From Paraspadella gotoi (lineage: Eukaryota; Animalia; Chaetognatha): DNA of 64,000 nt. The DNA lies in contig CM119265.1 in assembly GCA_051294375.1 (NCBI GenBank), positions 13,012,124 to 13,076,123 of the forward strand. The letters are read 5' to 3'. The position numbers and the translations under genes were made by a program. Numbering within the stretch: the stretch's first letter is position 1; each line of letters begins with the position of its first letter. The notes under the pieces are model-generated. The model was not told the DNA's origin, searched no databases, and worked only from the letters and a program-made list of their open reading frames with translations. Shown piece after piece: positions 14,331 through 25,267 of this stretch.

Positions 14331-15135
14331 TTCATCTTGAAAAAAAAATCGTTATTGCCAATTATTTCAAACTTTGTCTCTAAGATGTAAATGCATAAAA
14401 TTAGTTGAAAGGAAAAAGTAAAAAAAATTGGGAGAAAGTAAAAAAAAATACTGGAAGGGCAGAAAAAAATGAGAGAAAAGAAAGGGGGGAAAAAAGGAGG
14501 TGAAAAGAGAGAAAGAAAAAGAAAGGAACAGAAGGGTATAAAGTTAGGGGAAAAAAAGAATAAGAGGGACTAGGATAGAAAAAAGATTGGGGTTAATAAT
14601 AAAAAAGGGGAAAAAAACATTGAAAAAATGGAAAAGAGATAGAGGGGTGAAAATATGGTGAGAAAGGGAGAGGAGAATAAGAGGACAGGAAAAAAATACT
14701 TTTCTATTAAAAAATTAAAGATTTCCTAACAAATAACAAAAATGGTATTTGAAAATTAACCGAATTTAACCGTTAAAATAAATATATTAACGGTTAAGTT
14801 AAAATTATAATTAACCGTTAATAACCGTGAACTTTTAACGGTTATCGGAACTCTATATCAGATATGATATAAAATGTGATCAAAAACGGAAAATATAAAA
14901 AGCTTCGCAATGCGTAGCTGTTCGATTCTTAGGATTCGTCTTCTTTCGCGAGAGTTTAAGAAATCCTTTTTACCCGATTAAATAGGAAATAGTATTAAGG
15001 AGGTCGGGTCGAGGGATTTGGGGAACTACTACTTACGTCAACATGAATTAGTTATTAATTCAACGTGGAACAAAGCAGGAAAAACGACAAGTAATAAAGA
15101 TAAGTAATTAGCTGAAATATTCTTTTGGTGACAAG

Positions 15136-18100
15136 ATGGAAGCAGAAGTATTAACGAAGGTAGGTAAAAATACGTTGTTAAACCTAAATAGTTTCGATGA
15201 AGCAACTTTTATTTCATCATTCTGATGGTGTCACACGCTAGTCGGAAAGTGAGACGGAAGTAGAAGCGCGAAACGCGTGCCGAGCGTACGTGTTGAGCGG
15301 CGCGCTTGTCGGCGGAGTCCTCACTATTGTCATAATCATCGCTATCGTGGTTGGTCTCGTGTACGGCGCTCCAGACAGCTATTTTACAGGAGATTTTGCA
15401 GTGCCTACCGAGAATTCGACAATTTTCAGTAAGAATTTGAACCGATCGTAAGTCGTGACTAACCCCCTTTTTAAAAAACTACATCATATTTTTGTACCTA
15501 AGCTACGGTCCTCGAAGACACATCAACGAAAACCACCACGAAGACAATCACAACTACTACAACCTCCACGACGACAACTAGCACAACTATAACCACCACT
15601 CGACCTTCCTGCCACTGGAGCAACTCAAGCGGTCGGTTCGTCTCCGATGTTCCTGAATCCGTTTCTGAGTTGAGCAAGTTATGCGTGGATTGCTTATCGG
15701 CTAATTCGTCGGTTTCGCCGTCTCGGTCCCGCTGCCGGCTCTGGTGCTATGACGATGGCGACGGGGGCGACGTTTGGATGCTGCTTTCGCGGCGCAACTT
15801 TTCGCGTGGACTGGACTGCATCTTCTCCCACGCTCGCTATCCCAATTTCGAATCGGGTTTCGGATGCGACGAGGAGGTCTTTTTCGGTCTCAAGGCAATC
15901 CACAACGCGACCGACCCGGTTCTGACCCACGACATGTTCGAGCTTCTTGTGGGAATTGACCGCAACCAGGGGGAAAAAATGAGGAAAAAAAGTTTCGTGG
16001 TCCACGAGTTTTATCTGTCTGAACTTTCTGAAGTATTTTACGATGGCAGAACGAACAGAAATGTGGCTAAAAAGACTTTTCCCGATGACGGATCCGGAGC
16101 GATGTTTTGCAACAGGTGTTATTTCCTCGACATGTTTTGTCTCTTATCTTCTATGATTTTGTTTAAAAGGAAAAGATTTAAACTTCTTTGCATCTTCAGT
16201 GCGTCCCAAAGCTGCAACATCAACGTCGAGGGCGCCTACTGGACGAAAGGATTTGGGAGGGAAATCGTCGTCTGCGCTGCATGTTGCAACTCCCAAGACT
16301 TCGACTCCGGGAAAACACATAAGGTCGTTGAGCTCTTTTTTAGGCGAAAGCGTTGCAAAGTTCAGGGGTACAAAAATTCTTCTGCCGAAGTGCGGTATCA
16401 ATTGAAAATACCACCAAAGTTGAATTGCCTTGGAATCAGTGACACCAAATTAACTTTAAAAACGGGAATGGGAAAAACGACCGTCACCGCGGGAAACAAC
16501 AGCGACGGTTTTTGGTGTAGGTGAGCCTGGTTGATTCGCTATCATTTCGTTAAAAGTACTTTCATGAAATAGCAAAAGTCACCCGATATCGGATATGCCA
16601 TAAGTTCATATAATTGTGTTCTGCTACAGCCAGCCTGGTGGAGTAACGATTCTTCGACGGAGACCAAAATCCAACTCAGAACATAATTGTATATTCGGCG
16701 ACGCTGACAAATGGAGCCGTTCCAAGTATCGCAAGGGTTTCGGTTGCAGAGGATCTATCGTCGAGGAGGGCGAATTCTTCATTGGTCTTAATAACGCCGA
16801 AAAAATTAAGAAAGGGCTTGATATTGATAGAAAGTCCACTTACGTCGAGCTGAGGATAGAGACCAAAAACCATGGAAAATACAAGGAAACGGGGAGAGTG
16901 AAAACTTTATCGACCACGCGGTGAGAGCTCGTCAATAAGGTATCAGGGCAATGCAACTTACCCGAATTTCATGTTGCGTCATTTTTTTGGGTGAAAACAT
17001 AGATAATAGAAATGAAACCGTTTATACTATACAGTATAATGTATAATAAAGCGTAGCAAAAGTATTAAAATCAAGTAGAATCAAAATTCGAATAGTAGAT
17101 CATGAACATGTTCATTGAACAGACGCGTACCTCTGAACATTTTTAAATAAAAAAATCACTTTTTAGTTTTCTATTTTTGCATTAGCCCATATTTATACAT
17201 GTAGACCATAGAAAATATCAAAAATTTTAAATGTTTTTTTCTTATTTTTGAAAGCAGATTCGAATTCCTCACGAAAAGATGATAAAAGGAACTATAACTC
17301 TTTTTAGAAAATGATTTCATTAAGTGGGTCAAAATCCTAACAAACTATGATAGATAACCGATAATTAAATTTTAGTATAAAAAATATAGTTTTTTTAATT
17401 TTTAGCTAACTTTTTTTATTTTTGATTAAGACTTATATTTTCTTTTATAAACTTTTTATGAGGAATTCGAAACTGCGTTAAAAACTAAGAAAAACCTATT
17501 TTTAAATTTGGACATTTCCTATGGTGAGTACTGAGTTCTATGTATAAATATGGGCTATTGCAAAAATTGAGAAATTTAAAAAAAATTTATGTATCAGTAT
17601 TCCATCACAGATGAATGAAACCCGGAAACAAGACTGTTCATGATCAACTATTCGAATTTTGATCTGTAACTTTCACTAGGCCTTAATGTATAAATGAGAA
17701 AGCTGCCACACTTTCGCTTTTTTTTCAGTGAATACCAACACATGATGCAGATAGGTGATGTCATTCCAAATTCGAACGATTCGATCCTTTACCAAGCATA
17801 TGAAGACAGAGATAATCCTTCTTGGTTTTGCAAGAAAGACAATGTGTCCGAGTGCGCCTCTTTGGAGGCACGGTAGGCCATTTCCTGATTTCCTATTGTA
17901 AGAAGTGGCCTGAGTTTTTAAATCTGCCTTTTAATCAGGTGGTGGATGATGAGATCAAAAACCTCACAAATGATGAACGAAGTTTGCCTTACGTGTTGCG
18001 GCGCCGAGGAAATGGCAAGAGATTTCGGGCATTGGAACAATAGAACGATAACTCAACTGGAAATGTATTTAACGGCGAAAGTCAGTTATGCATCACAGAT

Positions 18101-18137
18101 AAATCTAAGCAAAGCCAATAAAAAAAAATTAACATGA
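15136..18137 (+). CDS. Type II membrane protein with Thr-rich stalk and two divergent fibrinogen-related (FReD-like) domains
   Basis: ATG 15136; TM segment VLSGALVGGVLTIVIIIAIVVGLVY; poly-Thr stalk; motifs LWCYDDGDGGDVWMLLSRR / FESGFG..EVFFGLKAIHNAT and GGVTILRRR / YRKGFG..GEFFIGLNN..ELRIE..CA..RWW resemble the FReD consensus (YCD..GGWTV.QRR, Y..GFG..EFWLGL..IH); GT-AG introns. Confidence 0.65.
17080..17663. mobile_element. MITE/foldback in an intron of the FReD-like gene
   Basis: ATCAAAATTCGAATAGTAGATCATGAACA inverted with TGTTCATGATCAACTATTCGAATTTTGAT plus further internal inverted arms. Confidence 0.7.
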
Positions 18138-18367
18138 TGTCAACACATGAATATTGAAATAAAACGGAAAACAAGCAAACATTACGTTTATTATTCTATA
18201 CTTTACTACTCGAGCGGATGAATAGAAAAACTTCAGGAATAAGTCACTTCGGTTTCAGTATGGCTGTCTGTCTCCTCAACTTAGCATTTAAATGTGCCTA
18301 AATCATGACATAGTAATGAGAAGTTTAAAATAAAATGTTGTTTTACCACTCGCTTTTTTTTTTAATT

Positions 18368-18790
18368 TTTAGTCGGATCTGCTTATCAGCAGATTCCGAC
18401 TCTATAATCCACTTTGTCGGTCCGTTTGTCCCACCCCAAAAGCTTTTCGGTAAGACACTTAATTCACGTCAGAACATCGAATTATGATAAATTAAGCAAC
18501 AACAAAAAAAAAAATCGATGTCCGTCCGTCCGTCCCCCGTTAGCATTAAACTCCATTTACTAGTGATTGGATGGATGGATTGGAATGAAATTTTGTGTGT
18601 GGGTAGGATAGTGAATTAGTCATAGTGTGTGTCGCAGCTGAATATAAAGTTTCGATGGAATCGAATTTTAAGCCATAATTACTAGATTTGATCATAATTG
18701 GATGGATAGTTTGAATTGAAATTTTATTTGTGGGTCGGAAAGTGTGTGTTTCAATGTAATAGAGGAGTGGAAATGAGTTTGCATGGAAAA
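18368..18790 (-). mobile_element. Partial Helentron/DINE-like element
   Basis: Reverse complement of the 3' part of 1795-3288 (AGTCGGATCTGCTTATCAGCAGATTCCGACT palindrome, (CCGT)n). Confidence 0.7.
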
Positions 18791-19168
18791 AACCAAAGTC
18801 AAGTTGATTGAAAAGGCCAGACTTTTTTATTCAAATTTAAAAAAAGTGTAAAAATTTTATTTATTTCACTATATATTATATTTAATTAGTAAAGTGTAGT
18901 AAAAATTATAAATTTAACTTTAATGAAAATTATAAAAGTGAAGAACGAACAACATTATACTATTGAACATTTATATATAAAAAAATTTTATTATAAATTT
19001 TACAATTATGCAGTAGGCTACATTTATACTACTACTAATCCAATAAATGTTAAAATTTCAAAATATTTTTTTGTAGGATTTTTTTTGCAGAATTGGATTC
19101 GTCATGAAAAGTTGATATGGAGAAATATAACTCTTTTTCAAAAATTCTTTCATTAAGTTGATCAAATA

Positions 19169-20728
19169 CATGGTGACAATTTTACAAGCACCAGTAGAAA
19201 TACGCTGTAATTTACAAACCAGTGGTTATTTCATTGATTTTAAAATTTAGTTGAGTAGAAAATACTAAAACTATTTATGTGTTAAAATTTTATATTGATC
19301 AGTTAAGATATGCCTTGACAATGAGTGGAGAAAGTTGGCTTGTCAAATCAGGTTTTATTTTCCATCTCACTGTTTTTAAATTCAATTTTTTGGGGGAACT
19401 TTTAACACTTTTTTAAACAAAGTATTTATTAAAATATTAACAATATTAATATCCTCAGAAAGCCCTTAAAAATATGAAGAGAATTATATACTTAGAATAC
19501 TGTAGTATAAAATTTAACTGGCCCAGCTTTAATTTAATTAGGATATTCAAAAACGAGACATCTTTTTAAAAATCAATAGCTGGAGAGTAAATTTATAATT
19601 TTTATCAAATTGTGCTCTTTCATGATACTTTATATAAATAATAATATTTTTTGTTATAAAATTTAAACAGGTCATATATATTGAAAAAAGATTTTAAAAT
19701 TTTAAATAATTCATTTTTGACACTCTTAATTGAACCAAGGCTGGGCAGTAAGGCGTAGTGAAGTTACGTATGGAAATTCTAAAAGTAAATTATGAACAAC
19801 ATACCATCAGTAAACATTAATTTGTAAAAAAAAATTATTTTATGTTTTTTAATTTTCGCAGTAGGCTATATTTATATATAGTACTATCCTTATAAAATCG
19901 AAAAATTTCAAAATAGGCTTTTCTTAATTTTGATTGCAGATTTGAATTCCTCGTCAAAAGTTGATAAAAGAAAATATTAATTATTTTAAAAATTCTTTCA
20001 TTAAGTGGGTTAAAAATTAAAAAACAAAATAAACTATATATATATAATATATAATATAAAAAGTCAATTTTCAGCTTAAAATATAGCTTTTTTTAATTTT
20101 TGACCCACTTAATGAAGGAATTTTTCAAAAAGGGTTATATTTCTTTTTATCAACTTTTTATGACAAATCCAAATCTGCAAAAAAAACTTTAAAAAAACTG
20201 TTTTTGAAATTTTAACATTTATTGAATTAGTACTAGTATAAATATGGCCTACTGCATAAATTGTAAAATTTATTATAAATTTTTTTAATATATATATGTT
20301 CATTAGTATAATGTTGTTCGTTCCTCACTTTTAGAATTTTAATTAAAGTTAAATTTAGAAAATTTTTACTATGCCTTACTGGGCAGCTTACTTTTTATGT
20401 TAAAGCTTTCGTAAGTTTATCAATCTCTTCATATTTTTAAGGGCTTTCTGAGGATATTAATATTTTAATAAATACTTAGTTTAAAAAAGTGCTAAAAGTT
20501 AAAAAAAAAAAAAGAATTTAAAAACAGTGAGTTGGAAAATAAAACCCGATTTGACAAGCCAACTTTCTCCACTCATTGTCAAGGCATATTTTAACTGATC
20601 AATATAAAATTTTAACACATAAATAGTTTTAGTATTTTTTACTCAACTAATTTTTAAAATTAATGAAATAACCACTGGTTTGCAAATGACAGCATATTTC
20701 TACCGGCGCTTGTAAAATTGTCACCATG
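19169..20728. mobile_element. Long-TIR foldback element with TA flanks, interleaved with another inverted-repeat element (approx. 18885-21000)
   Basis: TA-CATGGTGACAATTTTACAAGC ... GCTTGTAAAATTGTCACCATG-TA with ~300 bp inverted arms; same family at 41298-43622 and 40165-44491. Confidence 0.75.
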
Positions 20729-22146
20729 TATATAAAAAACTTATATTTTAAGCTGAAAATGAAAATTTTATATACTTAATATAGTTTTTTTAATTTTAAC
20801 CCACTTAATAAAAGAATTTTTAAAAATGATTTATATTTTCTTTATAAACTTTTGACGAGGAATTAAAATCTATAATCAAAATTAAGAAAAGCCTATTTTG
20901 AAGAATATAAAATTATTTTTTTTTACAAATTAACGTTCACTGATTGTATGCTGTTCATAATTGACATATATAATTTTCGTATGTAACTTTCACTACGCTC
21001 TATTAATTAGTGTCCGGAAGCAAAACTTATAATTCTGTTTAAATGACAAGATTTTTTAAAATATTTTATAAAAATTATCATAAAAAAGCTCAAATGAAAG
21101 CTTAGTGTTTATTCTATCACTGACCCAAATATTATTAACTTAAATTACAAAATAAGTTTACAGTGAGCCATAAGAGATAAGGTGTCAGTATCCCTTTTCA
21201 CCCAAATCAATCAAAAATAGATTTGACATTGATTTTTAGTCTCCAGTAACGTTACAAATGAGACCAAAAAGTTTTCTGTTTCAGGTAAAGATGCGCCATG
21301 AAAAGACAAATGTGGTGCCCATAATGAGAAGTGATATTATTGACTCATGTGTGATTTGAAGGCTATCCTTTTGGACAACTTCAAAATTTAAAAAGAAGTT
21401 ATGTCAGAAATGATAAAAATGAGTGAGAGGACAATATAGAAAAATTAAGGCAATATATTTATTAAACATGTCCCTTCCTGGAGAGGCCGTAAAAGCTCAA
21501 AATGCAGTATACGTCGAGACTAAGACTTTTCTATGTTTGGTTTATAATTCATGTGATAATCCTTTCTATTATATATATATATACATATATATATATTATA
21601 TTTCATATAAATTTTATTGATATCCTTCAAACGATACAGGAGATATGCGTTTATTTGTATAGATAATAAATTTTTATAATTTTGCTTCCGAACCCTGTAT
21701 ATTCTTTAGAATATTTATATAATGTATTTTCTTTTATAATGTAATGGGGAGAAGGATGTTAGAGCTGTCTTCTAGAAATAGAGGTAGCATCTATACAACA
21801 CAAGGTTAAAAGTTACTTTCTGCCCTAGTTTTCTAATTAGATATTAGACATCATTCTTGTTAAGAAATCATTTATTGAAAATTCAAAATATTTAAGTCTG
21901 AACAGAATGGGGTGGAGAGGATAATTTGTTATGGGATTATGGTTATTTATGATTCGTTATTGTTGAGGGTTAAGACTACAAAGTAGAGTCGTATGTTCTG
22001 ATAGGGAAACATACCGGGGAAAGGGGCGACCATATATATTAGATGTAAATTTGATAATCTTTTATAAGTTATTCTTATATTTTAAATAATGAGTTCTCTC
22101 TCTCTTCAAACTTCAAAGTCTGTGAAAATATTTGTTTTACAAAATT

Positions 22147-22192
22147 GCGCTGATGAATGCTTACAGTTACATTGAAGCCGAAACATGTCCGA
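22147..22192 (+). ncRNA. Degenerate minimal hammerhead motif
   Basis: GCG-CUGAUGA-AUGCUU...AAGCC-GAAACAUGUC-CG; first pair of stem II mismatched; (CT)n upstream and AATAAA downstream as in other copies. Confidence 0.5.
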
Positions 22193-22518
22193 AATTTAAG
22201 TTTCTTAATAAAACTTGTTGTACATAAACAAACAATTCAATTTCCACCTCAAACAAATAACGCAACAAAATTAAAGGAAAAACAATATTTTTATATTATA
22301 TTTTTTAAACGCTTAACAATTGGGTTAGGGGTAGATAGTGGCTACTGGTTAGGGATTAGTGGTATTTAAGGATTAGTGGTAGTTAGGATAAAGGGAGGTT
22401 TCGAAATAAAATTGGTAATAAAAACTTTTTCTACCCTTACCAGTGTCCTTTTTTTATTTTTCCGTATCGAGATTTCTATACGTCGCTCATAAGAAGCGAA
22501 AAACAAATAACCGACCAC

Positions 22519-22567
<49 letters not shown>

Positions 22568-23948
22568 TCCGCTTACAAATGTTGCATTGAGAAAAAAAAC
22601 GACTCTTTCCAATATTGTTCAGTTGTTACTTACAATGTTGATTAAGTTTATACCACAACCCAAATTGGGCCGGACGAAGGATTGGTTAGAAACATCTCCA
22701 CTCATTTCTAATGATAAAAGAGTGCCATTTTGGCAACTTTTAAGAATAAAAATTATGTCCATTTTTGTCCATTTTTACTACGACTTCTGATTTGAATGCC
22801 AAGGAAAGTTGAGAAAATTTTTTACTTTGGAAATCCGTTCTTCCTTATCTTCTTTACCCCTGGGTAAATTTATTTGCTTAATTCATTTATAGTTTGCCTA
22901 TAAATTAATTTTAAAGTTAACAAGTCAAAAAGTTGTAGTTTCAGTCTTTATCCTAATTTGTTAAACAAAAATAAATCAAATTGGTTCAAATTAACAGAAA
23001 ATATAGCCTATTGAATAAGCTTTTAACACCTACATAATTTTTAAAGACAACTTTTAATTTGTGACTTTTTGTGACTTGCATTTATTTTTGATAAAAAGAA
23101 TATTTTTAACTCATTTATTAATTTTAAAAGTTGAGGTTCATACTAACGTTGATAAAACAAAAAAAAAAACCGCATCCTTTTAAGCCAATGGAAAGCGTCA
23201 GGACTTGTTTTTTTCTCAGAATCTGTCGATTTACTAAATTTCGTAAGCAACCATAATTGAAATATAATCCTCCATTACCGTTAATTTTCTTTCTTATTAT
23301 GCATATTAAAGATTTTCTTTGATTTGGCTCAATGTAAACATAGTGAGAGGGAAGACGAAAGGGAAAATTAGAAAAGGAGCAGGGGAAAAGAAACGGGAAG
23401 AATGAAGAAGAGAAAAAAAAGGTGAGGAAAGTGCATGAGTGGCAGAAAAAGGTAGGGGCCGAAAAAATTGTAAGTGACAGCGTGAGAAGTAAGGGAGGAA
23501 AAAGGAATAGGAAAATATAAAGAATGAAAAGAAAAGAGGAAAAAAAATTGCATCAGATAATGTGGCGTCTTGTTTATAATCTTTTGTGTAAGTAAAAGAC
23601 AAGGAATTCCATCTTTAAAAATTATCTGTACCATAAAAATTCAAACATACTTATTTCTAAAATTAAACAGTTAATGAGATTAGATTGACAATCATTGAAG
23701 AAATCATGTCTTACCGTATTTTTAACTCATAGAAATTTACATGGGAAGTTCTAAGTGATAAGATGGAGATAACTTGAGACTACCGTTTTTCTAAAAGAAG
23801 AAAGCTTCGTAATTACCAATGAGATCAAGAAATATGGTAATTTTTGAAGTTCAGATTTCGTTGTCTAAAAGACTCCGATTGTACCAGGATGGAAAAAAAA
23901 GTGTCGCGGTTACTTTCCAGTTATTTTTCGGAATTTTAATGTGAGAAT

Positions 23949-24156
23949 CATAGTGGTAATAACCTTTCTTTTTTGTTGTTATATGTATTGGGGCAAAATG
24001 ATTTTGTTTCACAACGAATTTTATTTTATCATATAAAACGTACATGTTTCGGTTTTGGATACAAGCCTTCTTCAGCGTCAATTGTATCCAAAGCCGAAAC
24101 ATGTACGTTTTATATGATAAAATAAAATTCGTTGTGAAACAAAATCATTTTGCCCC
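23949..24156. mobile_element. Penelope-like truncated/inverted insertion with hammerhead
   Basis: ~75 bp inverted arms; flanking direct repeat AATGTGAGAAT (23938-23948, 24157-24167). Confidence 0.65.
24037..24079 (-). ncRNA. Minimal type I hammerhead ribozyme
   Basis: Minus strand GACG-CUGAAGA-A-GGCUU...AAACC-GAAACAUGUA-CGUU. Confidence 0.65.
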
Positions 24157-25267
24157 AATGTGAGAATTGAAAAATAAAATTCAAATATAAAAAAACTTTG
24201 GCCGTTTGTGATTCATTTAAGCTGTGTCTCATTTATGTATGACAAAAAATATAGGAGTTTCATGTAAAAGAAAATGCATTATCCAAAAAAATGCTTCCTT
24301 CATTTTTATTTTTTTTATATTTATACTTTTTATTTATACTCATTTCCGGTTCTTTTTTATTACTTTTTGAGTTTAACCAATACTATTAAAAATCCCTACC
24401 TTTTCTTAGTCTCATATCAAATAGTTATTGCATTATCTCCATTAAGATAAATTCAGGAATGAATCTTAATTCATATGTTAAAAAAGAACAATATTAAAAA
24501 TACATTGATACTGTAAATATTACAAAATATTATTTTTAAATTGTAAAGTATCAATAAAAGTTATAAGGTTCCGGGTAACCTTTCTGTAAGCAAAGTTATT
24601 ATTTTTATTTACCATTGGATGTATTATCAAAATCAAGTATCAAACAACACCAAAAATAAAAAAATTAAAGATTTTACTGAAGTGAAAGACAATGAATTAT
24701 CATATTATACAGCCACAACTCAAGCCTGGTTTTTTTCATAAAGGATCAATCTTTTTTACTATTTGCTAAGGACCATTTTTTACCCCAAATCTGATAAAAA
24801 ATATTACGTCAGTGATATAATAATAATATGAATACTATTATATCTTAATCAAAAAGAAGTGAAAATAGTTAGACTTAGAGACAACCTCTTTTGGAAGTAT
24901 TTGAATGCATTGAATAATTTAATGCTGTTGAGAAATAATCATTTTATTTAGTCTTAAGGAGGTCATATTACCTTTTAAAACTTATTAATTAACCAAAAAA
25001 TATATTTGACAATAAAATTAACTGGCTTTTCCAAACCGCGACACTTTTTTTTCCCATCATGGTAAGCTGAACCCATCCTAATTTCAATTTTTTTCTCGAA
25101 TTCTAATTAATTATTAAACTAACCGACGAAGATTCTTTATCTTCATAATAATATTAATAATTATTTCATTCTTTCGTCGCTTTGTCTCTACTTTCGGTAC
25201 CATCGACAAGAAAAAAAAAATACCGAATTAAACATAAAATACACAAGTTTAAATTTATTTAATAAAA

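Larger units (their letters stand above)
14002..14383. mobile_element. Penelope-like truncated/inverted insertion with a hammerhead motif in each arm around a (GA)n/(TC)n core
   Basis: ~160 bp inverted arms; 13-bp flanking direct repeat GATGTAAATGCAT (13989-14001, 14384-14396). Confidence 0.7.
13212..14855. mobile_element. hAT-like non-autonomous element
   Basis: TIR TAGAGTTTCGTTAACCGTTAA / TTAACGGTTATCGGAACTCTA, repeated subterminal TAACCGTT motifs, perfect 8-bp TSD TATCAGAT (13204-13211, 14856-14863). Confidence 0.8.
23884..25062. mobile_element. Tc1/mariner-type MITE (TA TSD)
   Basis: TA-CCAGGATGGAAAAAAAAGTGTCGCGGTT ... AACCGCGACACTTTTTTTTCCCATCATGG-TA. Confidence 0.75.
22565..25073. mobile_element. 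Inverted copy of the 11612-13136 TIR element, interrupted near one end by a MITE
   Basis: 22565-23883 is the reverse complement of ~11620-13136; terminus resumes as AGCTGAACC after 25064. Confidence 0.75.

Noticed and set aside
21760-21792. GAGCTG...GAAA hairpin resembling group II domain V
   Set aside because: Lacks the 2-nt bulge and lower-helix geometry; no domain VI
11612-25073. Giant composite transposon with 1.4 kb TIRs carrying the FReD gene
   Set aside because: The left arm has its own TIRs and CAAA TSD, so the arms are two independent insertions
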